Shown piece after piece: positions 14,173 to 26,320 of a stretch of DNA of 64,000 bases. Each line of letters begins with the position of its first letter. The stretch's first letter is position 1. The notes under the pieces were generated by a model, which was not told where the DNA came from, ran no database searches, and worked only from the letters and a program-made list of their open reading frames with translations. Position numbers and translations under genes: made by a program. This DNA is from Lama glama (lineage: Eukaryota), in contig CM052817.1 of the NCBI GenBank assembly GCA_028534125.1, positions 62,126,001 to 62,190,000 on the forward strand, in the 5' to 3' direction.

Positions 14173-17100
14173 AAGACTTAACCCAGTTGATCACATGATA
14201 ATGTTCTCGCTTTGAAAACTTTAGAATGATTTCCTGTTTTGAAAGTAGGAAGTACATATTCATACTGAGGATAGTTTATTGGTTCTGGAACACATAATTT
14301 AAAAGCTATTGGTGAATAGGGGAAGAAGGATAACTGGGGCCAGGAGAAAAGAAACAATAAAGAAATAGGCTGATCAATAATAAATAGGATACTAAGAAAC
14401 ACCCCAGAGACTCCATCCCTCCAAGTTCACTTAAGTCTTAACGTACTTTACATTTCAAATCATATCTCACAGAACAAGTGATAGGATTACACTGTTAAAT
14501 CCATAAGCATTGATTTTTGTCTCAGTCACAGATGCATGCTGTGCACTATCGGAAAATTTGCTAAAATAGGTTTATGCCATACAGTGACTACCACGTAGCA
14601 AGCACTATTTCTATACACTTGCTGAAGTCTTTAATGAGCAATTATCTAAGCTTAGAAAACATAAACAACATTAAATTATGCAAAACCCTCTCCAAACAAG
14701 CTCACAGATCTTTCCTGTTCCTACCATTTTTCACTGTTGCAGAGGCTTTCCTATTCCCCAAGCAGAGTATCCCGCTTTCTAAAAAAAAAATCACGGCACA
14801 CATGTGTGAGCTTTCAAAGTGTTTTTAGGGCATATCCCCAGTGGACTCTGGAGAGCTTGCCTTCCGGTCAGAGAAAGAAGAAGCGCTCAAATGGGCTATT
14901 ATTTTCACTGATAGGTTGACCCCATTCCTTGTGGAGTTTTGGATTTAGTTTCACATGGTGGTAGATCAGTGCTCAGCAGCCATCAGAGCAACAACAACTT
15001 GGCATTCTGAGGCGTGATAAGGAAAGTCAGAGAGCACAGGCGTGAGATAAGGAGGTGACAAGATGGCAGTGCTGCCTCCTGTCCTTGTTAGTTCCATCAA
15101 CCACTCTTAGGGGAAGGTCCGTAGATGGGGCCAGTAGATGTACCAGTGCTGTGAGGAGTCCCTGAAAGACTTGTGACTTGAAAAAAAAAAAAGTATTATT
15201 ACAGCATTTGTTGTGTTTATCACTCTGCTCCTCCTCCTTTAGGAAGGATTTCTGAAATAGTCTCTTTAAAGTTTCTGTTTTGACAGTTCTCTGTGTTCCT
15301 TACTCTATTTTTAGGCCCTATGCTGACTTAACACTCTTCAATGGAAAGCAGTCATATTTTGTCCCATTTTCTCATGCACCAGTTTTTATTTGAGCAATAT
15401 TCACATATCTAGTTTCTTTCCAAGTATTTGAAATGTATTTTAAAAATTACTTTGATTTTAATAATTAAAATAATATAAAACATTTAAGTTTATTTAAAAT
15501 AAAATCAAGGTTATCAATTTGTATTTTATGGCTGATTAACTTGGTCAAATTTGGATGGAATATAAATAATACATTATAAAGAACATTTAAAATCACTAAT
15601 ACAATTATGATTACAAATTACTGTTTTTCCTGATGTCTAAGACCTTTATACTCCTTACGGAACCATCTTTAAGATGACATCTTACAAGGAGTCATTAAAA
15701 AAAAAAACCTGCAAACTGAATCTCTAGATTTGCTGTGATGCTGTTTTTCTCACCTTTCTTTCTATGTGTGACAAACAACTCCCTTTTGTGAATATCCTGG
15801 AGTAAAACCACACTATTCAGAATTCATTAAAATGATCATCTCTAATTTCTATGATTAAGCATTTAGCTTCAGATTTTGCATGTAGCTAATAGCACTGAGC
15901 CCACTTTAATTAATTTAACCTCATTAAAGAAAGGCTTGCTCTCCCGGGAACCACGTGACAAGTGAAATGTGAAAGTTCATATTTTGTTCAATTTTACCAT
16001 ATCAATTTTAAACCCTCATTGTAATGAATATTTGTTATGCGTGTAATTTATATGGGAGAGGATTTAACTCAGTACACAAGAAAAAAAAGACACTTAGGAT
16101 TTCAACATCTTTAAATTCTAATGCCTAATATCATCACTGCTTATAAATAGACTTTTAATGAGCTCTTTATTTTAGAATCATATTTTTTTAAATTTTACTG
16201 CATTATCCTCTAACAAGGAACAACTTGAATTTCTTACAGGCACAGAACGAGATGTATGCTTTGTTTCTGAATATGAATACTCATCATTATTGTACATCAT
16301 AGTGCTTCTATAAGAACCACTTTGAAGAGCTACATCATGGAGCTGGATGTGTTGATTGTATGTTTCTGTGAAATTATTCATGAAGGTGCTGAATGGCTTG
16401 ACGTTCACAACAGATCTGCTGTAAATAGGCCTGTGTGGGTGCCGTGCTGCTAGAAGAAAATGGAAGTGGAAAGAGCTTCTGTTCTTATTCTTGTATCTTC
16501 TTATTTTATCTTATTTCAAATAAACATGCCTTTCTTAATTTTCCCCAAAAGAAATAACACATCACCACCACCACCATATATCCCTGTCTGTAAGATAGTA
16601 ACCTCGAGTAATGTGACCTTTAACAAAAAGTAATTAAATTTTGAAGAACATGTATAAAGCTCAGATATTAGAATGTCAAATTGAATCGTACAACTTAATT
16701 ATTTGATACTTCTAAATTTTGAGTATTTTCCCGTCAATAATGGAGATTTGAAAATACTGTGTAAAATACTGCATATACACTTACCACCTACCTAAATGGC
16801 AACATCAAGTACCTAGATATTAAAAACAAACAACACCCCCCAATCCTGCTAAAGCATTAAAGGAAACTATAAATTTACAAGACTGTTAAGATACTCAGAC
16901 AATGGGGTCTTCTCATGCTAGTACGATATCAGTTTAATAGTGACTGGCTGTTGACCACAACCCTGGAACATAGGTATGAATGTCTGTGTTGGGGTAGGTA
17001 GGGGCAGCTGGTCAGTAGCAGTGTTACTAGAAGAAAAGATCAAAGCCAAACTCTAGGGTTTCTAAAGCATCTACCCACAAGCTCAGGAGCCCCAGACAAG

Positions 17101-17227
17101 CTGAGTGAGAATATGGTCTCTAGGTTTCCCAGCCAATCCAAAATTTGGCCTATTTCAAAGTCTGGTGTCAGCACTTGGGGAACGTAAAGTCCTTTTCTCC
17201 AGGCTCATCTTCTCTGACCTGCAGGTA

Positions 17228-17430
17228 TATAGGTCCAGGTTTTGTGGCACCTAAGCTTTAAATATTTGGGAGGACCTATTATGAAGAAGAATGCAAAATC
17301 ACGTATATACATTGAAGTACAAATTGGATATTTTATTTTAAATAAGAAAAAAAGTCATAAAAAATTAAAAATCTGAAAAAAAGACAAATGTAGCAATTCA
17401 GAAAAGTAACTTTTTTTCTTTTTAACTAAC
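17228..17430 (+). mobile_element. hAT-Tip100 DNA transposon fragment (Zaphod-like end)
   Basis: 'ggtccaggttttgtggcacctaagctttaaatatttgggaggacc...aagaagaatgcaaaatcacg' resembles the recalled Zaphod terminal sequence. Confidence 0.55.
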
Positions 17431-17639
17431 TATTTGCATTTGTTTTGTTACCTGTTCTTTGATGGCCTTTCCATGTCACAAAGGTTTTGCATTTAGTATG
17501 TTTCAATCTGAGTTTGCATTTCCCTGGGTTATAATTTCAAGCTTACAGTCCATTGTCATTTTGGCCTTTGAAACATTTTTCAATGATGCTTTAGCTTCTT
17601 CTAAGAACAGTGCTTGGTTCTACTTTCTTTTAATAATAC

Positions 17640-17840
17640 TTTTATTTAACCAAATAAATCTAAATATTATCATTCAAAATGTAGTCCACATCAGAATGAA
17701 GAACAAGGTATATTATATCCTTTTCTTCTTTCAGAGTCTTGAAATACAGTGTTTCTTGATTACAGCACATCTCAATTCAGAAGTTAAATTTGATCAGTTA
17801 TACTTGATCTGTAGAGAGATTTCACAAGATCTACAAGTGT
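17640..17840. mobile_element. hAT-Charlie (Charlie1/MER33-like) fragment
   Basis: 'tacagcacatctcaattcagaagttaaattt...tacttgatctgta' is approximately the reverse complement of the core of the element at 24986-25447. Confidence 0.7.
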
Positions 17841-20216
17841 AAGAAAAGTTTTTTTTTTCCGTTTAATGTCTCCAAACGTTTTTTTTCTCCTTTGGTTCTA
17901 CTTTTGATGGCACGAGGGCATTGGTCTGGCTAGGATACCTGTGTCAGTGAATCACTAGTCTCAGTTACACTGCCCAGCAGATATGACAATGGGCTTGAGT
18001 TCACAGCCACCACTGGCTTGCTCCCTGTCACAGCTTTGCTCTCTCTCCTGACTCCCCTGTCACTGGTATCTCTAGTCTTTCCTTATAGCAAGTTGGGATA
18101 CAGAGTGGGGATCTTGAACCTAAAAGTGTTTTTTTTTTAAAGCATAAAAGACTGATGATAACTGTGGGGAATGTGAAATAACTGTGTAGTTTGCTTAATA
18201 TGATAAAACATAAAAAGCTCACATTCAAGGAGCTCATCCAATTTGGGAATTAGAAGCATCTTTACTCCCTTCAAATCTTTTAACACTTTCTGGCCCACTA
18301 GGTAAGATACACTTTCATATAGAAACATAATGTACATATTCTCCAAAGATTTCTTTTCTTTGAAGTCATGAACATCATCTTGCTTATTTGATTACTTCCA
18401 GTACATGAGAGACAACTCAGAACTATCCTGTGTCATTTTGTATACCTCAACCTTTGGGGAACAGATAGTAACTTAGCTTTTAATTCTACCTATTAATATA
18501 TGAGCAAACTGGCACTCAAGAGGAATTCATAAGGCCTAGGTGACCCATCTAATTTGGGTAAGTACATAGTACAAAGTCATGAGGTAGAGTAATCTACCAT
18601 CTGCTTGTGTCTCCTTTTGGCAATGCAATAAACAGCCTGGCCATCATTTAATTCTAAATTGATTCTCCTACTTAGCCACTGCTTTATCAATGACTGACTG
18701 AATGTAAAGCTGGAAGTGAGCAACTTCCTCAGGGTGCACTGCTTTTGATGGGTTAGCTGTCAAATGCCCCATTGTCCAAATTACACTGGTACTGTAGATT
18801 TGCTGCTAAGCAACAATTTACTGTAGCATCTGGCTATCAGTCTTGTGAGCTGTGTTAGTTTTGGGGTATCAAAATCTGATTAACTTACTACAGATACACA
18901 GCAGTTCCTACTTTTGCTTTCCCCAAATTTCCATTTACTGTATTGTTAGCAGGATATGGTAGCAGAGGCTCTATACAGGAAGCATTCCTAGAATAAATAG
19001 TAAACAGTGCTGCCAAAGCTTAATGCAATATCAGAGTGGAAGATAAGCGTGAAAATACAAATAAAAAAGAGAAGAGGATGAAGAAAAAGAAGCTAAACAG
19101 TCAAGCTTTCTCATATTTTTCCTCTTCCAATGAAGGACACATAAATTACCTGAGATACACATGTATAGTATATACACATGTTTACTTTTAGCCAGACATC
19201 TTTTCCAAGCTGATAAGCAGCTATAAAGGAATAAGTACTCCAAATTCTACCTGCACGGATTTTCTTTACTATTGTTGTTAAATGCATAAAAATAGCAGGA
19301 TATTAAATCTCTTGGTGATTTAACGTTTCCTCCTTTTAAAAACTATTCCCGTAACAGTCATCCTCAACATTTCTGTTTTGGATCTTAAGACTCAATTATC
19401 ACTTTACTGATTCAATACAATGACTTAATGATGAGTCTGTTTACCCTTTTCTATCTGCTTATTTATATAAACACCAAACAACAGCACACCAAAGAGATTT
19501 CTGTGATAAGGAAAACGCCAGGCTGTTTACTCCTTACTCAATCTGAGGGAGTGGAGTACTAGACTTAATTTAATCCTTGCATTCAGGTCAGGCCTAAACA
19601 TCAGCTCTAATACTGCATTTGCGATAATACTGACATCCATATTTGCTAACCTAATTGAAGCATGACAACTAGCTTTAATATAAACTTCCCAATTTTTAAT
19701 AATCTGAGACATGGACATTCTCATTACACTGGCAAATAACTGTACACGTAACCTTTTCATCTTAATTTTCAATAAGACCCACTGGTTTCCTCTTCACATC
19801 AGGATATTCAAATTTGTCTCTTTCAACTTTCATTTTAAAAAGAGCACTAGATTCTTTCCAAACATTATTCTACTTCAATAAATTCTACACTTTTCTAAAC
19901 AGCATCAATGAGTTTACTTAATAAAGTGTCATTTATTAAATTAGCAGTAGAGTATTGAAAAACTGATTTAATCTAAAAGAAAGTAATAACTAGAACTGTA
20001 TATTTCAAACACGAATATTTTTATTACATATAAATATAGCTAATTCTATATGTCCCAAGTATAGATGTAACATATATATGTATATGTGGAAAAATACATT
20101 TTTTTTTCCAACAGGCTTTATATGAACGCTTGTCAATGGTATGGTTAAGAAGAGAACCGAATATTTTCCCAACATTAAGCTCACCAATGCCTACTTTCTT
20201 AAATCAACTTCAGGTG

Positions 20217-21040
20217 AGAAATATTTATTAAGTAACTATTATGTATCAGGCCCTGTGCTTGAGCTGTAAATACAGTGTGCTTATGGAAAGTCTCTGTCTT
20301 TAAAGAATTCACAGTAAAATGGAGAGAGAGATTGAAAAAATAATTACAAATACAGGTATAAACAGAAGTACAAAGTAAAAGGAATGAGTTGTGCCTACAA
20401 GGGAAGAGGTCAGAGGAGATTATGTTTTGGCAGAATCTTGAAAGACGACCTGGACAGGTCGGCAGGTGGGTGCAGGGCACTCTGTACACTCGCCATGGTA
20501 CAGAAGTGGGCCAGACAGAACAGTTGTGGAGAAGCACAGGACGTTTGGCAGAGCTGGAACATGGGCTTCACGTGCATGAGTATGGATAAAACCTGGGGAG
20601 TAGATAAGGGTCTGGCAGGTGTAATCAAGAAATGTGAACGGCATCCTGGCAAGAGGTCATTAAAGAATTTTTCAGAGGAGTGACAGGTCCAGATTTCCAT
20701 TTAAAAATAATTACTCTGGTGGCTGTGCGGAGGAGGAATTGGACAGGGTAGAAGACAGAAAAGGGGATGAGTAGGCAGTAGCATATTGCAAATCTGGTGA
20801 GAGATTATAAAGGTCTGTACCAAAACAGTAGTTTTGGAGAAGATGAGGGAGAAAATGTAAAGGATACTTAAAGGCCAAATTGAGGTGCTTAGACCTTTGA
20901 TTGAATATGGGAACTGGAGAAGAGAAATGAAGTTTCTGGCTGGGCCGACTGGTGCTACCAACAAATTTGACAGAGGATGTAAGAAAAGGACAGAGTTTAA
21001 AGAGGGGAGTAGGGTGATGAGTTCCCTCACATTGTATTCA
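20217..21040 (-). mobile_element. L2 LINE 3' region
   Basis: Begins with a reverse L2 tail, 'aaatatttattaagtaactattatgtatcaggccctgtgct', and has internal 'aattactctggtggctgtgcggagg'. It accounts for ORFs between 20199 and 21115. Confidence 0.8.
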
Positions 21041-24000
21041 TGCCCCGAGGGAGGTCTGGAGCCCATGTGGAAGTGGCAGTGGGAGATCTCCCAGAGCAAA
21101 GTGAGACGTCTTTAACCACTGGAACAGTTATGGGTCCCTGTTTATATTAGGCCTTCTTTCAGTGCTTTGTAAACTCTCAATTAAAGAACGAAAAAATTTT
21201 CAGGCACATAAAGACTTCGTTTTATTTCAAACATACTCTGAAAACAAACTGTGCTGTTTGTTTTCTCCACTGTGTAGATGTGTTAAACTGCTCATACTTG
21301 TAGACAACAATTTGCAGGAGGATAGAAGAACATATAATGTTGTACTGCTCAATTTCATTTTGTTCTTGTAAAAAATTTATATTTTCATTAAAATTCATTT
21401 TTATCATCACTAAACAAGTAAGAACTCAAGCCAAGTGATTTTCAATGATACTTCATAGAACTATAGAACATAGAGGAATTTTAATAGCACAGTGTATTAT
21501 TCCAGGGTTCTGAAACTGAGTGTCACAAGTTTCCACTGCTGATGGTTTTCTACAGGAGATAGAAGAAACAAAAAGTGCTTATAAACTTGCCAATCTATAT
21601 ATTCTTACAACAAAATGATTCTTTTTGCTGATGGCTATCCAAATTTTATCTCCAGTGCCGGCCAGTGGCTAAAGGTCCAGTCCTATAATAACAACTCCAG
21701 ATTACACATGTTTAAAAAATAAACTATGTTAATCTTATTTTTTATTTAATATCTTTTTGAGCTCTGATATACCCAGAATTCTCTTCTTTGCCCATATTTT
21801 AGTAATGACCTGAGAAAAATCAGGCTCTATTTAGGATGACAATCGTTGCATAACCCCAAACCTAAAAGTTGGTCAAGGAGTGAATCAAGTTTATACAAAG
21901 TTGAAACATCAAAAAGCCTCAGTCCTCTTCAAAAGCCACCTAACATTCTCTCCACATAAAGAGTTACTGTAACTGGTGGTACCCATTCTGAAACTCAACC
22001 TGACTCATTTCTAACCATCCAACATAACTTGCAATGTCTCTCCCTGTAATTTCTCTAATGTTTCTCCCACCTGTTTCTTAACTCCCCCCTAGCTCACTCT
22101 TTCATTATCACAACCAATTTCTAACTTGTTTCTTTGACACTACCATTATGCCCAGGTACACTTTCTGCATGTAACGCTGGTTGAGCATTTATGTCTCCAT
22201 ATTTTCTTCAGTCTTACCTCCTTCCTTACTATAGCACTCATCTTTTGATGCACTCAAATATTTCTTCTGAGCACACTTAACACAGTGGAATAATTTGGAC
22301 ATGAATGCCTTTGATCATCCCACTGTCTTTACCAGAGGCCTTTTGTCCTTCTCTGTCTAATGCCTGTTTATTCTTTGGGATGCAGATGGTCTCACATCTC
22401 CCTTATAGTGGTATTCTCTTTAACAAAAACCAACAAACTCTGCAGGGCTGTGACTTGCTAGTCTGTCTTGGGGACAAGAATGTTGATAGCAGGAGACATC
22501 ATGGCCATGTCCTTGCCTTGTTGGGAAGGGCAGATGCTTGAGCTCTTCTCAGTTCTCACCAAAATGGTCCTTATCTTGTGCTCCTCTTATACTTAGTTTA
22601 ATGTGTAAAGTACTTTTTTTCTCTCCATGAGGATCTCCTTGTGGATCTTAGTGGACATTCATATGGATTATAATGAAGAATTAGAAACCTACATAAGATG
22701 TCAGCAAAATACAAGGCATATTATCAAGGCTTGGACATTCATGATAGTGTGTAAACACTGGTCCTCTAGATACAGTTATTTCTCTTTCACTCCTCACATA
22801 AATGTCAGATTTAAAGAATATTAATTCAAATATGGAAGAAAAATACGTATTCTGACTCACAAAGAAATAAAATTTTTTTAAAAATGTCCATGTTTTATAG
22901 GACATGGTGCCCTATTTGTTTGAATTAAGTATCTTTAAGAATAAACAGCCATATTTCAAATTAAATATCCTGACATTTCTAATTCTGTGCCACTTTCTGA
23001 CTTAGTTCCACTCTTCAAATGGAAAAGAAAAAGTATTCTGAAACTTCATCCACATGCAAAGCTAACAACTCAGTATTAATGGTTTAAAAAATAATGCCAA
23101 ATATATTCTAAAATCCTGTTTCCGCTTTTGCTGACCTGACTATGAACTTTTATAACTAACTCTGTCAAAGAGCAAAGTAAGATTTTTTTTTTGCTTGTGA
23201 CAATGCATCTTCAACATCAGTTCAGTGTAGGTTTTTGCTTTAGCTGACAAAGACCCCCTCCTTCCTAAAATGTTTTCACTAGTAATAACTTGATTATATC
23301 AAGGATTCTGCTGTTCAGTGGAAACTGCCTAAATGATTGACTGCTCCCCAAAAGTATGGGAATGATTTCCAAGCTATGCTTTCATGGCAGTTAGGTGGAT
23401 AAGCAAAGCCCATAAGAATCCTGTTCAAGAGACAGATGATTCTATGTTTGTTCCAGAAGGATATTTTTCATGTTCAGTGAGTAAGCACATTTGTTTTAAA
23501 CACTGAAAACTACCTACCAGGGATGATCTATTTTTATGCAAACACTATAAACATTACACATGCCACATTAATAATAATAATACAGAAAAGAGTTCTGAGA
23601 AATACGAGCTGAGGCACGTGAAGGATGATGTAAATTAAAACACAACCACCACCACCAACAATAATAGGACAGCAAAAATTACAGTAATTTGCCAATCTGG
23701 CACTACATACCACTAGCAAGTGTACCTCATAATGTTTATCTTGCTATAATTTTCAGAACATAAAACCATACCTTGATTAAAAGTCTGATCTATTATTCAT
23801 AGAATCATTTTCGAGAGTTTGTTTATAAAGTCTTGTTTCAAAACAAATGCAAACTCGTCATCTTGGAACAGGTAGGAAAAGCAAAAATTTCACAGTGACA
23901 CTAATAAACATTTCCTTTTGCTTCTGGGGAGAAAGAGCTTGCACACTCATTTAAAAGAAAAACAACAACAAAAAATGCAACTGTAGACTCTCAACTTTGA

Positions 24001-24139
24001 CAGTCCACGCTTCAGAATTTATACCCTTTGCCTTTACTTCACCAAGGCCATGTACAGCATTTGCTGTTCCTCTTTTTAACCTTTGGAGATGGGTTTAAAG
24101 TGTGACAACGCCTATAGTGCTAGCGGTCTTGTGCAGTAA

Positions 24140-24365
24140 CAATTCATACCCTGAGCGCTGACTCGGCACAGGGCTCAGGGTATATTCTCACTTGATTCTC
24201 TCACAACCCCATTAAGTAGATCCAATTCCCAGCTTCATCCTAGAAAGAGAAAACTACGGCCTGGAAAGATGAGGTAACTTTGCACAAATTCACATAATTT
24301 ATAAGTAGTGGCATCATGATACAAACACAGCCAGTCTCACCCACCAGCCATACTCTCAGTTCCTC
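24140..24365 (-). mobile_element. MIR SINE
   Basis: 'ctcacaacccc...agaaagagaaaactacggcctggaaagatgaggtaactttgcacaaattcacata...agtggca'. Confidence 0.7.
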
Positions 24366-24985
24366 TGCACAGCCCCAGAACACTAATTTTTAAGAGTAAT
24401 GCTAATTAATAAGCCTATATACTATATAAAGAAGTATTTTCTAGAATCTACCAGTTAAGAGTCCATAGTGAAGTCAAACATTTTCTCTGAAATGTTTTGC
24501 CAGGTACAGAAAATGCTGCAAAAAGCTTCCCTAAGCATATTTCCTGGATCTCCCAGTTGGCAATTTGATAGGTCTGTTATTATTCCAAAGCATTTGTCCT
24601 TAACCATACTAGAGCAATCAAGTGAAACAAAGCAGGTTACACTGAAAGTATTTATGAAGCAGGGCACACATTTTACAAACCCACAAAGCATTCAAAGCTG
24701 TTGGAGAGGAAATCTGGTCAATTCAAGTACTAACAGTCACAGTTAAGGCAATTTCCCAACATTTACCTTCCAATCAGTGCTTATAATGAATGCTTTACTA
24801 TTTAGTATGAAAAGGAAAATCCAAGTACTCAGTACAGAAAGTGTGGGGAAGGTGTTTGTATAACAAAATAAAGCACTAGTCAATGAAACAAAATTAAGTA
24901 GCTAGATAGATGGATTTTTGACATTTTTTCCCCTCCCATATACATGGAGATATGATAAAACAAGAGCATTACACAGGCTTCTGAA

Positions 24986-25447
24986 CTGTGCTATCCTATA
25001 TGGTAGCCACTAGCTCCACATGGCTATCAATCGCTTGAAATTTGGCTAATTAACTGACAAACTGAACTGATACTCAATTCAGTTATTGAAAAAAATTTAA
25101 GTATCTCTGGAACAGCTTAAGTATGTAAAGTTATTTTTTCAAATGCAAATTTAATGAATTCAAGTACAGATCAGGTGCTTCCAATGAAAATTTAGCATCT
25201 GAATTAAGATGTGCTGTGAGTACAAAATACACACTAGATTTCAAAGACATTTAAAAAAGGGAATGTAAAATATCTCATTAATAGTTTTAAAATATTGATT
25301 ACACATTGAAATGATATTTTAGATATAATGAGTTAAAAATCATGTTAAGATAATTTTAACACTGCTTCTTTTTACTTTTTTGGTGTGACTACAAGAAATT
25401 TTAAATTACATATTCAGTGTATAGTATAGTTCTATTGGATAGAGCTG
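24986..25447. mobile_element. hAT-Charlie non-autonomous DNA transposon (Charlie1b/MER33-like), both ends present
   Basis: Imperfect terminal inverted repeats ctgtgctatcctata ... ctattggatagagctg. Internal 'tggtagccactagc' and 'gaattaagatgtgctgtgagtacaaaatacacactagatttcaaagac'. The right flank, ttctagaa, is a typical hAT target. Confidence 0.85.
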
Positions 25448-26149
25448 TTCTAGAAGGTAAAGTTGAAAGTCCATTGCTTGTCTTGAAAACAGTTTAAATG
25501 TGTGCCCCCAACATTATGAAAATGACAACATTGTTTCCCAGTCATAATCTCCAATCTGGTTGTTGGACAGTAAGAAGCATCATTCTGATTATTAAGTAGA
25601 CCCAGCAAGAGATTAAATAATCTCAAATAAAAGGGAGACTGGGAGACTCCATGGGACACCTAGTTCATTCCATTGTTCCAGACACCACTGGTGGTTAAAG
25701 CCATGATTTAGTAAAAAGTTTAGCTGGAAACTAGCCAGGCAAGGTACATTTCCAACATGTTCAAAAACAGGCACATTTTCTGGAACTTCTAAACAAGGGA
25801 GGATGCAACTGAAGAAATCTCTATAGCATTCTCATTCTTGGAGTCTACATTTTCAAAAGAGATCGTTATTACCCTACACTTCTTAATAACCCCAATGGCA
25901 TTCTATCCTTTGGGCTACATTCTAAAGGTAGATATAATCAGACAAAACAAATAAATACACAAGTAAACAAATGAGAGACCTCGGTGTGTCAAGAGGTCTA
26001 AACTGAGATCCAAGTCTTGTGTGACAAGGAGCAAGATCACTACCTGTTCTTTCATTTCCCACATGGAGATGGGGAGGCTCTTTATCTCCAAAAGCTTCTA
26101 TTAGCTCTAAAAGTTGGTGATTCTAAATGGATTCTAAAAAGCTAACTCT

Positions 26150-26320
26150 TACAGAATGCTTTCATTTACATAGCACCTTCCATATTTAATTCACAACAAC
26201 CTGGTGACGGGCTTTTTAACCCCTTTTTACCGAGGAGAAATCTGAGGTGCAAAGTGGCTAAACGTCCTCCAAATTGACACATTTTTAGAAACTGTGGAGC
26301 CTGGGACTACATGTAATCGA
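26150..26320 (-). mobile_element. MIR SINE
   Basis: 'tttaattcacaacaacctgg...cccttttaccgaggagaaatctgagg'. Confidence 0.7.

Noticed and set aside
23758..23871. Plus-strand exon candidate ttttcag|...|gtagga
   Set aside because: It has stops in all frames and overlaps a stronger minus-strand candidate; probably chance.
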